From assembly GCF_035084215.1 (NCBI RefSeq), contig NW_027139176.1, positions 558,001 through 622,000 of the forward strand: DNA of 64,000 nt. The letters are read 5' to 3'. The notes below the pieces were generated by a model. That model searched no databases, was not told the DNA's origin, and saw only the letters and a list, made by a program, of their open reading frames with translations. How positions within the stretch are numbered: position 1 is the stretch's first letter; each line of letters begins with the position of its first letter. Both the position numbers and the translations under genes were made by a program. The DNA is from Heptranchias perlo. Its lineage: Eukaryota. Below, in pieces: positions 26,803-40,600 of this stretch.

Positions 26803-26870
26803 GGGATCCTTTCAATATCGAACAGAGCGGGTGTGGGACAGGGAACTGACATCGCTGCTTCTCACAGAAA

Positions 26871-26940
26871 ATGCACTCCCCGCCCAGAGGTCCGGTCTAT
26901 GCCATTTACTACACTGTCCTTGCAGCTGTCGCTGTTCCGG
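26871..26940 (+). CDS. GPR139/GPR142-like orphan GPCR, coding exon 1 (MHSPPRGPVYAIYYTVLAAVAVP + G)
   Basis: AAAATG start, 70 nt (23 codons + 1), donor G|GTAAAG at 26941; phase 1 matches exon 2; supplies the first half of TM1. Confidence 0.88.
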
Positions 26941-28269
26941 GTAAAGTATTACAGCAAGTTATTCATTGTGAGAAGCATTAGTTGCCTGGATTGTCTCAGT
27001 AACTGGTTGTTGACCGCACTTTGTACAATGCGTTTCCCCCGGAGCCGCCTGTCCAGCGGGATCACTCCAATCCGTGTTCCACCCTGAAAGGACTTTGTTT
27101 GTTCAGTGCGACGGTTGATTGAAATTATATTCACATGTTGATATTTTTTGATCATAATTGGACTGTGTCTGTGTAATGGCGGAGAGTGAAATATCCCTCC
27201 CCCAACACCGACCTCCAAATCACACTTTGAAATGTGTCTCCATTCTCTCCAATCAGCCGCTTCCCCGGTGTGAGGAGCGGGCGAACTTCCCACCAGCTCC
27301 CGCCTTGCTCCGGTCTAACTGTTTCTGGACGATTGTGAAAAGGTGGAGAAATTGTCTCTGCAAAAATACCTCTGTGTGTTTAAACTGTATTGAATTACAT
27401 GCAGTTCTAATCATTGCCTTGTAATCGGGTTTAATGACATTTCACCTCTCTCAGTTCCCGGGATCTCAGCTCTGCTCCCACCTCCTCCCATCTCCTGGTG
27501 TGTCTCGGACTAACCCGTTCCAGCTGGCTGTAACTGGACAACGTTACAAAGTGAATACTTTAAATACAATGTGTAATTGTACATTATATCAGTGTAAGAC
27601 ACAAGCTCGTTATATACCAGGATCACACAGTGAGACCGTGTTCTTACATTCCTATCACCTTATTGATATTATATTTCAGTGATATTATCATATTATTGAT
27701 CAATGTGTCTGATTTTTCTTCCCTCCTCTCCTGCGGTTTGACTCAGGCTGGGGCTCGGTTCTACGGCCGCCCTCAGCCTTCAGGTACCTTGGCCCGTTCT
27801 TTATATTAAAGCTATTTTTCAGTGTTATCCTGAAGTCGCTGTTGCAGACACACAGTCACGTGTTTAATCTGGACATCGGCCGTGAGACAAACAGCGAACA
27901 CCAACAGGTGTAATATTGTAAAATGCAGAAACCCTGCTGATCTGTTCAAAGCCAATCCCACCATTGATCTGAAGACCCCCAGATAATGGGAGTGGAAGAT
28001 GAGGATGGTGAAGGTGGTGAGAAAACAATTGATAGGCTGTAGGAATTAATTTAAATTAAATTAAATTAAATTACTTTCCCGTTAATTTTTTGCAATTCAG
28101 ATTGGACGTAATAGAATTACAAGTAATTCCTGACTGGTTTATGAATTCTGAAAGCTTTGGATGAATGGAATGATATGTGAGTCACCGACTCTGCTGATTA
28201 AATAATGAATATGTTAAGTATCTGTTGATAATTAATCATTCCAACATATATTAATAAATTGCTATATGT

Positions 28270-28826
28270 CACTCGGAATACTGTGTACAGTTCTGGTCAC
28301 CCTATTATAGAAAAGATATTATTAAACTAGAAAGAGTGCAGAAAAGATTAACTTGGATGCTACCGGGACTTGATGGTTTGACTTATAGGGAGAGGTTGGA
28401 TAGACTGGGACTTTTTTCCCTGGAGAGTAGGAGGTTTAGGGGTGATCTTATAGAAGTCTATAAAATAATGAGGGGCATAGATAAGGTCGATAGTCAAAAT
28501 CTTTTCCCAAAGGTAGGGGAGTCCATAACGAGGGGGCATAGATTTAAGGTGAGAGGGGAGAGATACAAAAGGGTCCAGAGGGGCAATTTTTTCACTCAAA
28601 GGGTGGTGAGTGTCTGGAACGAGCTGCCAGAGGCAGTAGTAGAGGCGGGTACAATTTTGTCTTTTAAAAAGCATTTGGACAGTTACATGGGTAAGATGGG
28701 TATAGAGGGATATGGGCCAAGTGCAGGCAATTGGGACTAGCTTAGTGGTATAAACTGGGCGACATGGACATGTTGGGCCGAAGGGCCTGTTTCCATGTTG
28801 TAAATTTCTATGATTCTATGATTCTA
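28270..28826 (+). mobile_element. 5'-truncated CR1-type LINE inside the GPCR intron
   Basis: EYCVQFWSP...RFRGDLIEVYK...NFFTQRVV; (TTCTATGA)n tail. Confidence 0.92.
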
Positions 28827-29268
28827 TAAAGAGTTGTTGACAATTAGAAACAATTAAGTGACTGGTTTATTGATGAACCATTTCCCAGGCTTCTGTCCTG
28901 TCTTATAACCCAGTCCATTGGTCCGATCCCGTCCCGTCCCTCCACATTCGCTGCTCCTGAATTCCCTCCTACAATCCTGCTCTTTTACTCCCCTTGCAGG
29001 TCCGGGTTATTTTAGCCACCGTTGGACAATCGACTATTTTCATCGATTTGAAACTCGCACAATTATTTCGATGGGTTTTGTTTCCTTCTGGATGCCCTGA
29101 TACAAATTGAAATATTAACTTTCATTCAGACTATGTCTCCCGCCCGCCTCACTTTCACTTTGGATTTCACTCAAGTATCAAAGCTGCAAACATCGCATAA
29201 TTCCGGTCAATATAAAACTTTTGCAGCGAATTTATTCTCTAACTTCTCATCTTTCTCTTTCCTTACAG

Positions 29269-30173
29269 TTAATTTAGTGGCGATTGTGATCCTGTCCCGA
29301 GGAAGGTGCGGTCTCTCCAGATGTATCACTCGGTACCTGGTGTCCATGGCGGTGACGGATCTCCTGGTCATTCTCACGGCTGTGATATTAAACCGGATTC
29401 CTGGTATTTATTTTCCGGGTAGTTTCCTGTCCATCACTCCCGTCTGTAGTCTCAGCATTACATTAATTTATGCATCAAGAGACAGTTCTGTCTGGTTAAC
29501 GGTCTCTTTCACCTTTGATCGATTTGTGGCCATTTGTTGCCAGAAGCTGAAAACTAAATATTGCACCGAGCAAACGGCGGCTGTTGTTATAGGGACGGTC
29601 TGTGCACTGGGATTTTTGAAAAGCGTTCCCTGGTATTTTTTACACGAGCATATGTACATAATTAACAATGTCCCGTGGTATTGCAGACTGAAGGGAATCC
29701 GTTATACGTCTCCTCTCTGGCGAGCATTTGACTGGTTTGACCGTATTTTGACCCCGTGTCTCCCTTTCGTTCTGATTCTTCTGCTCAATGCTCTGACCGT
29801 CAGACACATTCTAGCGGCCAATAGAGCCCGCAGGAGACTCCGGGCCCACAGCAATGGAGAGAATCAGAGTGACCCGGAGATGGAGAGCCGGAGAAAGTCC
29901 ATCGTTTTACTCTTCGCCATCTCGGGCAGTTTCATCCTGTTGTGGATGACTTATGTTGTACAGTTCTTATATGAGCGATTTACAAATAATTATCAAATCC
30001 AAGGTTTCAGTGACCCGAAATTTATTCTGCAGGAAAGTGCAAATATGCTTCAGCTCCTGAGTTCTTGCACCAACACGTTTATTTATGCAGTGACTCAGAG
30101 TAAATTCAGGGAGGAGTTAACGAATGCGGTCAAATATCCACTGAATCTTATAGGGAAATTAGTTAAATCATGA
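29269..30173 (+). CDS. GPR139/GPR142-like orphan class A GPCR, coding exon 2 (spliced product 324 aa)
   Basis: Polypyrimidine tract and CTTACAG acceptor (AG 29267-29268); VNLVAIVILSRGRCGLS, MAVTDLLV (TM2), FTFDRFVAICC (DRY-like), TM5-7, SCTNTFIY (NPxxY-like); open to TGA; AATAAA at 30177 and 30484. Confidence 0.93.
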
Positions 30174-30349
30174 AAGAATAAACTCCAGCACCAATTATGC
30201 CGAATGAGAATTGTCCATGGAGTGTGTCGAAGTTTGGGAAACTTTATTTATATAAAGTGAATTCAGCAAACTGGTCATTTCTGGGCTGGCACCAGATAAA
30301 ATAGACATAAATTCTGCCGGATTGTTTAAAAACCCGGCTGACAAGGGAA

Positions 30350-30490
30350 CCTCCCACACGTACCTGGACTGGCCGAAATCTGACTACAATCCCACGCGAC
30401 ATAGTTGATTTCCAGTATCCGCAAGACAACTAGGGAGGGGCAATAATTGCGGTTTTGGCAGCGACACTCACATCCCAAGAACAAATAAAA
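30350..30490 (+). mobile_element. Degenerate family-B LINE 3' tail
   Basis: CAACTAGGGAGGGGCAATAATTGCGG...CAGCGACACTCACATCCC matches the family-B tail. Confidence 0.6.
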
Positions 30491-30608
30491 TATTAGAAAA
30501 ATCTATGTATCAAATAATCACCGTCGGTGATCGAGTGTAAAGATGAGATTCACAAGGTGAGTTTTAAATAAGATGCGGAATGTTGGGGAACAAACATGTT
30601 GAATGGGG

Positions 30609-33600
30609 CAGGTGACCTCCCGTACCAGGGACTCAAACATCCCAATTTACTGACAGGTGACCTTATTGTACCAGTGAGACAAACATCCCAATTTACTGAC
30701 AGGTGATCTTACTGTACCAGTGAGACAAACATCCCAATTTACTGACAGGTGATCTTACTGTACCAGTGAGACAAACATCCCAATTTACTGACAGGTGACC
30801 TTACTGTACCAGTGAGACAAACATCCAAATTTACTGACAGGTGATCTTACTGTACCAGTGAGACAAACATCCCAATTTACTGACAGGTGACCTTACTGTA
30901 CCAGTGAGACAAACATCCCAATTTACTGACAGGTGACCTTACTGTACCAGTGAGACAAACATCCCAATTTACTGACAGGTGATCTTACTGTACCAGTGAG
31001 ACAAACATCCCAATTTACTGACAGGTGACCTTACTGTACCAGGGACTCAAACATCCCAATTTACTGACAGGTGAACTTACTGTATCAGTGAGACAAACAT
31101 CCCAATTTACTGACAGGTGACCTTACTGTACCAGGGACTCAAACATCCCAATTTACTGACAGGTGACCTTACTGTACCAGTGAGACAAACATCCCAATTT
31201 ACTGACAGGTGACATTACTGTACCAGTGAGACAAACATCCCAATTTACTGACAGGTGACCTCCCGTACCAGGGACTCAAGCATCCCAATTTACTGACAGG
31301 TGACCTTACTGTACCAGTGAGACAAACATCCCAATTTACTGACAGGTGACCTTACTGTACCAGTGAGAGAAACATCCCAATTTACTGACAGGTGACCTTA
31401 CTGTACCAGTGAGACAAACATCCCAATTTACTGACAGGTGACCTTACTGTACCAGTGAGACAAACATCCCAATTTACTGACAGGTGACATTACTGTACCA
31501 GTGAGACAAACATCCCAATTTACTGACAGGTGATCTTACTGTACCAGAGACAAACATCCCAATTTACTGACAGGTGACCTTACTGTACCAGTGAGACAAA
31601 CATCACAATTTACTGACAGGTGACCTTACTGTACCAGTGAGACAAATATCTCAATTTACTGACAGGTGATCTTACTGTACCAGAGAGACAAACATCCCAA
31701 TTTACTGACAGGTGACCTTACTGTACCAGTGAGACAAACATCCCAATTTACTGACAGGTTACCTTACTGTACCAGTGAGACAAACATCCCAATTTACTGG
31801 CAGGTGACCTTACTGTACCAGTGAGACAAACATCCCAATTTACTGACAGGTGACCTTACTGTACCAGTGAGATTAACATCCCAATTTACTGACAGGTGAC
31901 CTTACTGTACCAGTGAGATTAACATCCCAATTTACTGACAGGTGACCTTACTGTACCAGTGAGACAAACATCCCAATTTACTGACAGGTTACCTTACTGT
32001 ACCAGTGAGACAAACATCCCAATTTACTGGCAGGTGACCTTACTGTACCAGTGAGATAAACATCCCAATTTACTGACAGGTGATCTTACTGTACCAGTGA
32101 GACAAACATCCCAATTTACTGACAGGTGACCTTACTGTACCAGTGAGACAAACATCCCAATTTACTGACAGGTGACCTTACTGTACCAGTGAGACAAACA
32201 TCCCCATTTACTGACAGGTGACCTTACTGTACCAGAGACAAACATCCCAATTTACTGACAGGTGACCTTACTGTACCAGTGAGACAAACATCCCAATTTA
32301 CTGACAGGTGACCTTACTGTACCAGTGAGACAAACATCCCAATTTACTGACAGGTGACATTACTGTACCAGTGAGACAAACATCTCAATTTACTGACAGG
32401 TGACCTTACTGTACCAGTGAGACAAACATCACAATTTACTGGCAGGTGACCTTACTGTACCAGTGAGACAAACATCCCAATTTACTGACAGGTGTCCTTA
32501 CTGTACCAGTGAGACAAACATCCCAATTTACTGACAGGTGACATTACTGTACCAGTGAGACAAACATCCCAATTTACTGACAGGTGACCTTACTGTACCA
32601 GTGAGACAAACATCCCAATTTACTGACAGGTGACCTTACTGTACCAGTGAGACAAACATCTCAATTTACTGACAGGTGACCTTACTGTACCAGTGAGACA
32701 AACATCCCAATTTACTGACAGGTGACCTTACTTTACCAGTGAGACAAACATCCCAATTTACTGACAGGTGACCTAACTGTACCAGTGAGACAAACATCCC
32801 AATTTACTGACAGGTGACCTTACTGTACCAGTGAGATAAACATCCCAATTTACTGACAGGTGATCTTACTGTACCAGTGAGACAAACATCCCAATTTACT
32901 GACAGGTGACCTCACTGTACCAGAGAGACAAACATCCCAATTTACTGACAGGTGACCTTACTGTACCAGTGAGACAAACATCCCAATTTACTGACAGGTG
33001 ACCTTACTGTACCAGAGACAAACATCCCAATTTACTGACAGGTGACCTTACTGTACCAGTGAGACAAACATCCCAATTTACTGACAGGTGACCTTACTGT
33101 ACAAGTGAGACAAACATCCCAATTTACTGACAGGTGACCTTACTGTACCAGTGAGACAAACATCCCAATTTACTGACAGGTGTTCTTACTGTACCAGTGA
33201 GATAATCATCCCAATTTACTGACAGGTGACCTTACTGTACCAGTGAGACAAACATCCCAATTTACTGACAGGTGACCTTACTGTACCAGTGAGACAAACA
33301 TCCCAATTTACTGACAGGTGACCTTACTGTACCAGTGAGATAAACATCCCAATTTACTGACAGGTGACCTTACTGTACCAGAGACAAACATCCCAATTTA
33401 CTGACAGGTGACCTTACTGTACCAGTGAGACAAACATCCCAATTTACTGACAGGTGACCTTACTGTACCAGTGAGAGAAACATCCCAATTTACTGACAGG
33501 TGACATTACTGTAACAGTGAGACAAACATCCCAATTTACTGACAGGTGACCTTCCTGTACCAGAGAGACAAACATCCCAATTTAATGACAGGTGACATTA

Positions 33601-34054
33601 CTGTAACAGTGAGACAAACATCCCAATTTACTGACAGGTGACCTTCCTGTACCAGAGAGACAAACATCCCAATTTACTGACTGGTTCCCTTACTGTACCA
33701 GTGAGACAAACATCCCAATTTACTGACAGGTGACCTTCCTGTACCAGAGAGACAAACATCCCAATTTACTGACAGGTGACCTTAATGTACCAGTGAGACA
33801 AACATCCCAATTTACTGACAGGTGATCTTACTGTACCAGAGAGACAAACATCCCAATTTACTGACAGGTGACCTTACTGTACCAGTGAGACAAACATCCC
33901 AATTTACTGACAGGTGACCTTACTGTACCAGTGAGACAAACATCCCAATTTACTGACAGGTGACCTTACTGCACCCGTGTGATAAACATCCCAATTTACT
34001 GACAGGTGACCTTACAGTACCAGTGAGACAAACATCCCAATTTACTGACAGGTG
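30609..34054. repeat. 46-bp minisatellite GTGAGACAAACATCCCAATTTACTGACAGGTGACCTTACTGTACCA, about 75 copies
   Basis: Unit read directly (e.g. starts at 30674 and 30720); occasional 44-bp deletion variants. Confidence 0.99.
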
Positions 34055-34344
34055 CCTTTCAATCTCTCAGTCACTTGACAAGGGTTTAGCAGGTGTTGTG
34101 CCTTGAGCGTGAACTGAAAGTCAGACCCAGACTGACCCCAGTCTGGCCCTCGAAAATCGCAATTGTGCTCTGATTTCAATTTTTGTATCAACTTGTAGCT
34201 GTGTATTAAATCTGGAATAAAGCTGTTCATTTTCTGTTGCTGATTTAATCTTATGCACGTTTCCAGTTATTGGGGATCCCATTACTCTAGTCTCTCTCTG
34301 TGTAGCAACATAGTTCATGATCCCGCTGACTGGGATTAGTTTGG

Positions 34345-34630
34345 GACTGATACGGGGCTTTGGGCAAATTGTCGGGAAATGGGATTCGTTTGAGATTCTT
34401 ACAGTGCTATGGGAAGATTGCAGGGCAATAGGATAAGTTAGAGATTGATACAGGGCTTTGGGGAGAGAGCGGGACAATGGGTTTCGTTTTGGATTGACAC
34501 AGAGCTATGGGGTGTGAGTGGGATAATGGGATTAGATATGGATTCATACAGGCCTTTGGGGAGATAGCAGACCAATGGAGTTAGTTTCGGATTGATACAG
34601 TGCCATGGGGAGAGAGTGGGCAGTGGGCGT
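34345..34630 (+). repeat. Degenerate tandem repeat, about 49 bp x 6
   Basis: Recurrent GATACAGGGCT(A/T)TGGG.AGAGAG...GGGATT...GGATT pattern. Confidence 0.65.
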
Positions 34631-35313
34631 GTGAAATGAGTAAACTGCATAGAATAATAATCATTTAACTACCCCCAAATAAACTGGCAAGAAGAGCGAT
34701 GGAAAGGAGGAACGGCAATGTTGAATTATAATGTGTTCAGGACTCTTTTCAAGTGAGAGGCCCGAAAGGAGAGGAATTACTGCTGGATCTAGCAATGGGC
34801 AATGAACCAGAGCAGATAAAAAAGTAAACAATGGGGAAAATCTAGGCCACAACGATCACAACAAACTACGGTTTAACATAAAGAGTGAGAACGACATAAG
34901 ACAAAGACCAAAGTAATTGATTGCAAAAAGGTAATTTTGAGGGGATGAGAATGGAACTAGGGGAAATATATTGGAAAGAAAATTAAAAGACAAAGAGTTC
35001 GAACAGCGTTGAGAAATATTGAAGTCGGTGATCAATAGCGTTCAGATGAAATATATTCCGCCGACAAACAACAACAAACCAGCCAATAATGAAACACAAT
35101 GGATGAATAAAGAGATAAGGCTAAAATTCAAACTAAAGAAAAAAGCCTACTCTGAGTACCCAGACAATAAAGGAGAGGATGAGAAAGGTGAATACAAGAG
35201 GTGAGGAAGTAAATCAAAAAACAATTAGGAAAGTAAAGAGAAACTACGAAATTAATTGCCAAGGATTATAAAAAGAAACAATGACGTACTCTACAGACAC
35301 ATAAAGAACGAAA

Positions 35314-36088
35314 GACAAGTGCCAGGCAATGACCATCTCCAACAAGAGAGAGTCTAACCACCTCCCCTTGACATTCAACGGCATTACCATCGCTGAATCC
35401 CCCACCATCACCATCCTGGGGCTCACCATTGACCAGAAACTTAACTGGACCAGCCGTATAAATACTGTGGCTACGAGAGCAGGTCAGAGGCTGGGTATTC
35501 TGCGGCGAGTGACTCACCTCCTGACTCCCCAAAGCCTTTCCACCATCTACAAGGCACAAGTCAGGAGTGTGATGGAATACTCTCCATTTGCCTGGATGAG
35601 TGCAGCTCCAACAACACTCAAGAAGCTCAACACCATCCAGGACAAAGCAGCCCGCTTGATTGGCACCCCATCCACCACCCTAAACATTCACTCCCTTCAC
35701 CACTGGCGCACTGTGGCTGCAGTGTGTACCATCCACAGGATGCACTGCAGCAACGCGCCAAGGCTTCTTCGAAAGCACCTTCCAAACCCGCGACCTCTAC
35801 CACCTTGAAGGACAAGAGCAGCAGGCACATGGGAACAACACCACCTGCACGTTCCCCTCCAAGTCACACACCATCCCGACTTGGAAATATATCGCCGTTC
35901 CTTCATCGTCGCTGGGTCAAAATCCTGGAACTCCCTTCCTAACAGCACTGTGGGAGAACCGTCACCACACGGACTGCAGCGGTTCAAGAAGGCGGCTCAC
36001 CACCACCTTCTCAAGGGCAATTAGTGATGGGCAATAAATGCCGGCCTCACCAGCGACGCCCGCATCCCATGAACGAATTTTTTAAAAA
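35314..36088 (+). mobile_element. Family-B LINE (CR1/L2-group RT C-terminus) 3' fragment nested in the host CR1
   Basis: ILGLTIDQKLNW...YKAQVRSVMEYS; near-identical to about 50948-51712. Confidence 0.9.
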
Positions 36089-36890
36089 GCTCACAGGTAG
36101 TGATGGAAAAATGGCAGAAGCATGAAATAGTTGCTTTTCCTCAGTGTTTACCAGGGAGACTAACAAGGTGGACACGAAATTCAAAGAAGAGATCAAAAAA
36201 GATATAAAGACATTTAAGATAGAAAAGGGGAGATAATTGATCAACTAATCAAAGTTAGAGAGATAAAACCCCAGTCTGGACGGATTGCATCCGTGAATAT
36301 TAAAAGCAGTTAGAGAGGGGAAAGCAGACGCATATTACATATATATATAAATTCATTAGAAAAGGGAACAGTGCCAGAGGATTAGCGGACAGCTCATGTG
36401 ATTCCTATATTTGAAAAGGGACATAGAACCAGTCCAGGGAACTCTAGTTAGCTTAATGTCGGTGGTAGGAAAGATAATGGAATCTTTACTCAGATGTGAT
36501 AGAAAAACATTTAGAAAATGAAAATATAATAAAGAATAGTCAGAGGGGATTTGAAAAGCGGAAATCATGCTTTTTTAACCAACCTTAATGAATTCTTTAA
36601 AGAAGTAACAGAAAGGGTAGACAAGGGTAATGTAGCTGATGTAATATATTTAGATTTTCAAAAAGCCTTCGATAAGGTACCTCAAAGTACTCTCATGACT
36701 AAGGTCGGAGCATGTGGAGTCAGAGGACAGGTAGCAGAATGGATATCAAGCTGGCTACAAAACAGAAAACAGAGAGTAGGGGTTAAAGGTAGTTACTGAG
36801 ACTGACAAAAGGTGGGAAGTGGTGTTCCACAGGGATCGGTGCTGGGATCACTAGTTCACAATTTTCATAAGCGATTTGGGCTTGGGAATC

Positions 36891-37474
36891 ATAGAATCAT
36901 AAAATCATACAAAGGTTACAGCACGGATTGAGGCCATTCGGCCCATCGAGTCCGTGCCAGCTCTATGCAAGAGCAATCCAGCTAGTCCCACTCACCCGCC
37001 CTTTCCCCGTAGCCTTGCAGTTTTTTCCCTTTCAAGCACTTATCCAGTTCCCTTTTGAAGACCATGATTGAATCTGCCTCCACCACCCCCTCGGGCAGTG
37101 CATTCCAGATCCTAACCACTCGCTGTGTAAAAAGTTTCCTCATGTCACCTTTGGTTCTTTTACCAATGACCTTAAATCGATGTCCTCTGGTTCTTGACCC
37201 TTCCGCCAATGGGAACAGTTTCTCTCTATCTACTCTGTCCAGACCCTTCATGATTTTGAACACCTCGATCAAATCTCCTCACAACCTTCTCTGTTCCAAG
37301 GAGAACAACCCCAACTTCTCCAGTCTATCCACGTAACTAAAGTCCCTAATCCCTGGAATCATTCCAGTAAATCTCTCTGCACCCTCTCTCAGGTCTTCAC
37401 ATACTTCATAAAGTACGGTGCCCAGAACTGGACACAATACTCCGGTTGTGACCAAACCAATGTTTTGTGAAGGT
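36891..37474 (-). mobile_element. 5'-truncated CR1-type LINE nested in the host CR1
   Basis: Minus-strand IEVFKIMKG...FTQRVVRIWNALP; tail; AATC on both flanks (possible 4-bp TSD). Confidence 0.9.
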
Positions 37475-37690
37475 AATCGGATGTAAAATTTCAAAATTTG
37501 CAGACGACACCAAATTGGAGGAATACTTAATACCGCGGAGGACTGCGACAAAATACAAAAAGGCATCAATAAACTTGCAGAATGAGCGTGCAATTGGCAA
37601 ATGAATTTCAATACAGACAAGTGTGAGTTAATGCATTTTGGTAGGAAGAATAAGGAGGCCACATACTGCTTGGATAATAAGAGTCTAAAT

Positions 37691-40600
37691 AGAGTCATAG
37701 AGTTATATGGCACGGATAGAGGCCCTTCGGCCCATCGTGTCCGCGCCGGCCATCAAGCCCTGTCCAATCAAATCCCATATTCCAGCATTTGGTCCGTAGC
37801 CTTGTAAGCTATGGCATTTCAAGTGCTCATCCAAATGCTTCTTGAATGTTGTGAGGGTTCCTGCCTCCACAACCCTCTCAGGCAGTGAGTTCCAGACTCC
37901 AACCACCCTCTGGGTGAAAAAGTTCTTTCTCAAATCCCCTCTAAACCTCCCGCCTTTTACCTTGAATCTATGTCCTCTTGTTATAGAACCCTCAACGAAG
38001 GGAAAAAGCTCCTGAGTACCATCCTATCTGTGCCCCTCATAATTTTCTACACCTCAATCATGTCCCCCCTCAGCCTCCTCTGCTCCAAGGAAAACAAACC
38101 CAATCTTCCCAGTCTCTCATCATAGCTGAAGCGCTCCAGCCCTGGTAACATCCTGGTGAATCTCCTCTGCACCCTCTCCAAAGCGATCACAACCTTCCTG
38201 TAGTGTGGCGACCAGAACTGCACACAGTACTCCAGCTGTGGCCTAACCAGTGTTTTATACAGCTCCATCATAACCTCCTTGCTCTTATATTCTATGCCTC
38301 GGCTAATAAAGGCAAGTATCCCATATGCCTTCTTTACCGCCTTATCTACCTGTTCCGCCGCCTTCAGGGATCTGTGAACTTGCACACCAAGATCCCTCTG
38401 ACCCTCTGTCTTGCCTAAGGTCCTCCAATTCATTGTGTAGTCCCTTGCCTTGTTAGTCCCTCCAAAGTGCATCACCTCGCACTTTTCCGGGTTAAATTCC
38501 ATTTGCCACTGTTCCGCCCATCTGACCAACCCATCTATATCATCCTGCAGACTGAGGCTATCCTCCTCGCTATTTAGCACCCTACCAATTTTTGTATCAT
38601 CAGCGAACTTACTGATCATACCTTTTACATTCATATCCAAGTCATTAATGTAGACCACAAACAGCAAGGGACACAGCACCGATCCCTGTGGTACCCCACT
38701 GGCCACAGGCTTCCAGTCACAAAAACAACCTTCGACCATCACCCTCTGCCTTCTGCCACTAAGCCAGTTTTGTATCCAAAGTGCCAAGGCACCCGGGATT
38801 CCATGGGCTCGTACCTTCTTGACCAGTCTCCTGTGCGGGACTTTATCGAAGGCCTTACTGAAATCCATGTATACCACATCCACTGCGTTACCCTCATCCA
38901 CACGCCTAGTCACCCCCTCAAAAAATTCAATCAAATTAGTCAGACATGATCTTCCCTTGACAAAGCCATGTTGACTATCCCTGATTAATCATTGCTTCTC
39001 CAAGTGGAGACTAATTTTGTCCTTCAGAATTTTTTCCAATAATTTTCCTCCCACTGATGTTAGGCTCACTGGCCTGTAGTTCCCCGGTTTTTCCCTACTC
39101 CCCTTCTTGAATAATGGTACTACATTAGCGGTTCTCCAGTCCTCTGGCACATCCCCTGTGGCCAGAGAGGTTCTGAATATATGTGTTAGAGCCCCCACAA
39201 TCTCCTCCTTTGCCTCACACAGTAGCCTGGGATACATTTCGTCCGGGCCTGGGGATTGATCCATTTTTAGGCCTGCTAAAACCGCCAATACCTCCTCCCG
39301 CTCGATGTTAATATGTTCGAGTATATCACAGTCCCCCTGTCGTATTTCTATGTCGACATCGTCCTTCTCCATAGTGAAAACAGATGCAAAAAATTCATTT
39401 AGAACCCCTCCTACATCTGTCGGCTCCACACACAGATTGCCATTTTTGCCCTAATGGGCCCTATTTTTTCCCTAGTCATCCTCTTACCCTTAATATACTT
39501 ATAAAACATCTTAGGATATTCCATTATTTTGCTCGCCAGTGTTATTTCATGGCCCCTCCTTGATCACCTAATTTCTTTTTTAAGTATCCCCCTGCACTTT
39601 TTGTACTCCTCTTGGGCTTCCTCCGTCTTCAGCCTTTTGTATCTGCCAAAAGCCCTCCTTTTTTTCCTGATCCATTCTCGTATATCCCCTGACATCCAAG
39701 GTTCCCTGGAGTTCTTGGAACCACCCTTGACCTTTACGGGAACATGTTGCCATTGTATGGTCTCAATCTCCCTTCTGAAAGACTCCCATTGCTCCGATGC
39801 GGATTTTCCTACAAGCAACTGATCCCAGTCCATTTTGGCCAGATCCTACCTTATCCTATTAAAATCGGCCTTCCCCCAATTTAGAACCTTTATTTCCGGC
39901 CCCTCCCTGTCCTTTTCCATGACCACCTTAAATCTCACTGAATTATGGTCACTGTCACCAAAGTGCTCACCTACAAGCACTTCTTCCACTTGGCCGGCCA
40001 CATTCCCTAGAATTAGGTCCAGTACCGCCCCCTCTCTTGTAGGACTTTCTACATGCTGGCTCAAAAAGCTCTCCTGGATGCACGTTAAGAATTTTGTACC
40101 CTCTAAGCCTTTTACTCTCTGAGTATCCCAGTTAATATTGGGGAAGTTGAAATCCCCCACTATTATTACCCTATTATTTGCACAATTTTCTGAGATTTGC
40201 CTACATATCTGTTCCTCTATCTCCCCCTGACTGTTTGGGGGCCTATAATACACTCCCATCAAAGTGCTTGCCCCCTTTTTGTTTTTAAGCTCCACCCATG
40301 TGGCCTCATTCGAGGAACCTGCTAATATATCATCCCTCCTTATGGCAGTAATTGATTCTTTAATTAATATTGCGACCCCCCTCCTCTTATACCTCCCCCT
40401 CTATCTCGCCTGAAGATTCTGTACCCCGGAATATTGAGCTGCCAGTCTTGCCCCTCCCTCAAGCATGTCTCTGTGACAGCAACAATATCATACTCCCATG
40501 TGTTTATCAACACCTTCAGTTCATCCACCTTATTCGCAAGACTCCAGCCTTGCCCTCACATATTTGCCCTGTCTTCCAAGCTGACTTGTTTTTTTCTCAA

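Noticed and set aside
27626-27632. Perfect heptamer CACAGTG in the GPCR intron
   Set aside because: No nonamer at 12 or 23 bp spacing
29133-29268. ORF-track N-terminus of the GPCR (MSPARLTF...)
   Set aside because: Contains the polypyrimidine tract and acceptor; a phase-matched upstream exon completes TM1
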